Assembly (NCBI GenBank): GCA_016928605.1
Contig: JAFGKN010000113.1
Location: 1 to 14,766, forward strand
Source of the DNA: Planctomycetota bacterium
GTDB taxonomy: Bacteria > Planctomycetota > UBA8108
Direction: 5' to 3'
DNA: 14,766 nt
Position numbers and translations under genes: made by a program. Each line of letters begins with the position of its first letter. Positions within the stretch are counted from its first letter, which is position 1. Below, piece after piece: positions 14,615-14,766 of this stretch. Below the pieces are notes generated by a model, which made no database searches, was not told the DNA's origin, and saw nothing but the letters and a program-made list of their open reading frames with translations.

Positions 14615-14766
14615 GACCTGGGCGGCCGCGGACGCAGGCCGAGCCCGGCCGCAGGGCGAGCGGACTCCCGCCGCGCGGCGGCTAAGTGCCCCATTTCATA
14701 AGTCATTGTCAGTTTGAGCGGCCATTTCGTCCGCCGGCTTCGTTGCACTCAGTCGACGATATTCTC

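Noticed and set aside
1-14766. CRISPR arrays, rRNA genes, IS elements and integrases
   Set aside because: There are no regularly spaced short direct repeats with unique spacers, no rRNA-like conserved stretches, and no transposase or integrase-like ORFs. The only repeats are the three structures described above.

Overview
This is a high-GC bacterial window, roughly 68-70% GC by eye, with a low-GC island of roughly 55-60% at about 8140-10050. The gene content is a flotillin/NfeD membrane-microdomain operon, three xylose-isomerase-like TIM-barrel sugar-phosphate isomerase/epimerase paralogues (two with twin-arginine signal peptides) and a Gfo/Idh/MocA oxidoreductase. That mix points to a Planctomycetota-like or similar soil/aquatic lineage, but this is an inference only. 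The most unusual gene is at 4265-5662 on the minus strand. It fuses an N-terminal PTS EIIA(Ntr)-type domain carrying the GVAIPH phospho-histidine motif, a pyruvate-kinase-C-terminal-like linker domain and a C-terminal diadenylate cyclase (DAC) domain with the DGA...GSRHRAA motifs. A sugar-phosphate isomerase gene sits directly upstream on the same strand. The second candidate for something undescribed is the low-GC island itself: three tandem small membrane-protein genes, one of which also carries a C4 zinc ribbon. Two of them end in the same 24-aa Pro/Gly/Ser-rich tail, encoded by an 85-bp DNA repeat (94% identical, no indels) that runs through the stop codon into the downstream junction. A possible fourth gene lies upstream. 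A 606-aa signal-peptide protein with HEAT-like repeats and a Cys cluster is co-oriented with an SDR reductase. Other features are a 2x47-bp intergenic tandem repeat carrying 14-bp palindromes, a 12-bp perfect palindrome in a long divergent intergenic region, and a GCGG-periodic minisatellite at the window start. I found no rRNA, tRNA, CRISPR array, transposase or integrase. Many long Arg/Gly-rich ORFs in the six-frame track are off-frame or antisense artefacts of high-GC DNA and were not called.
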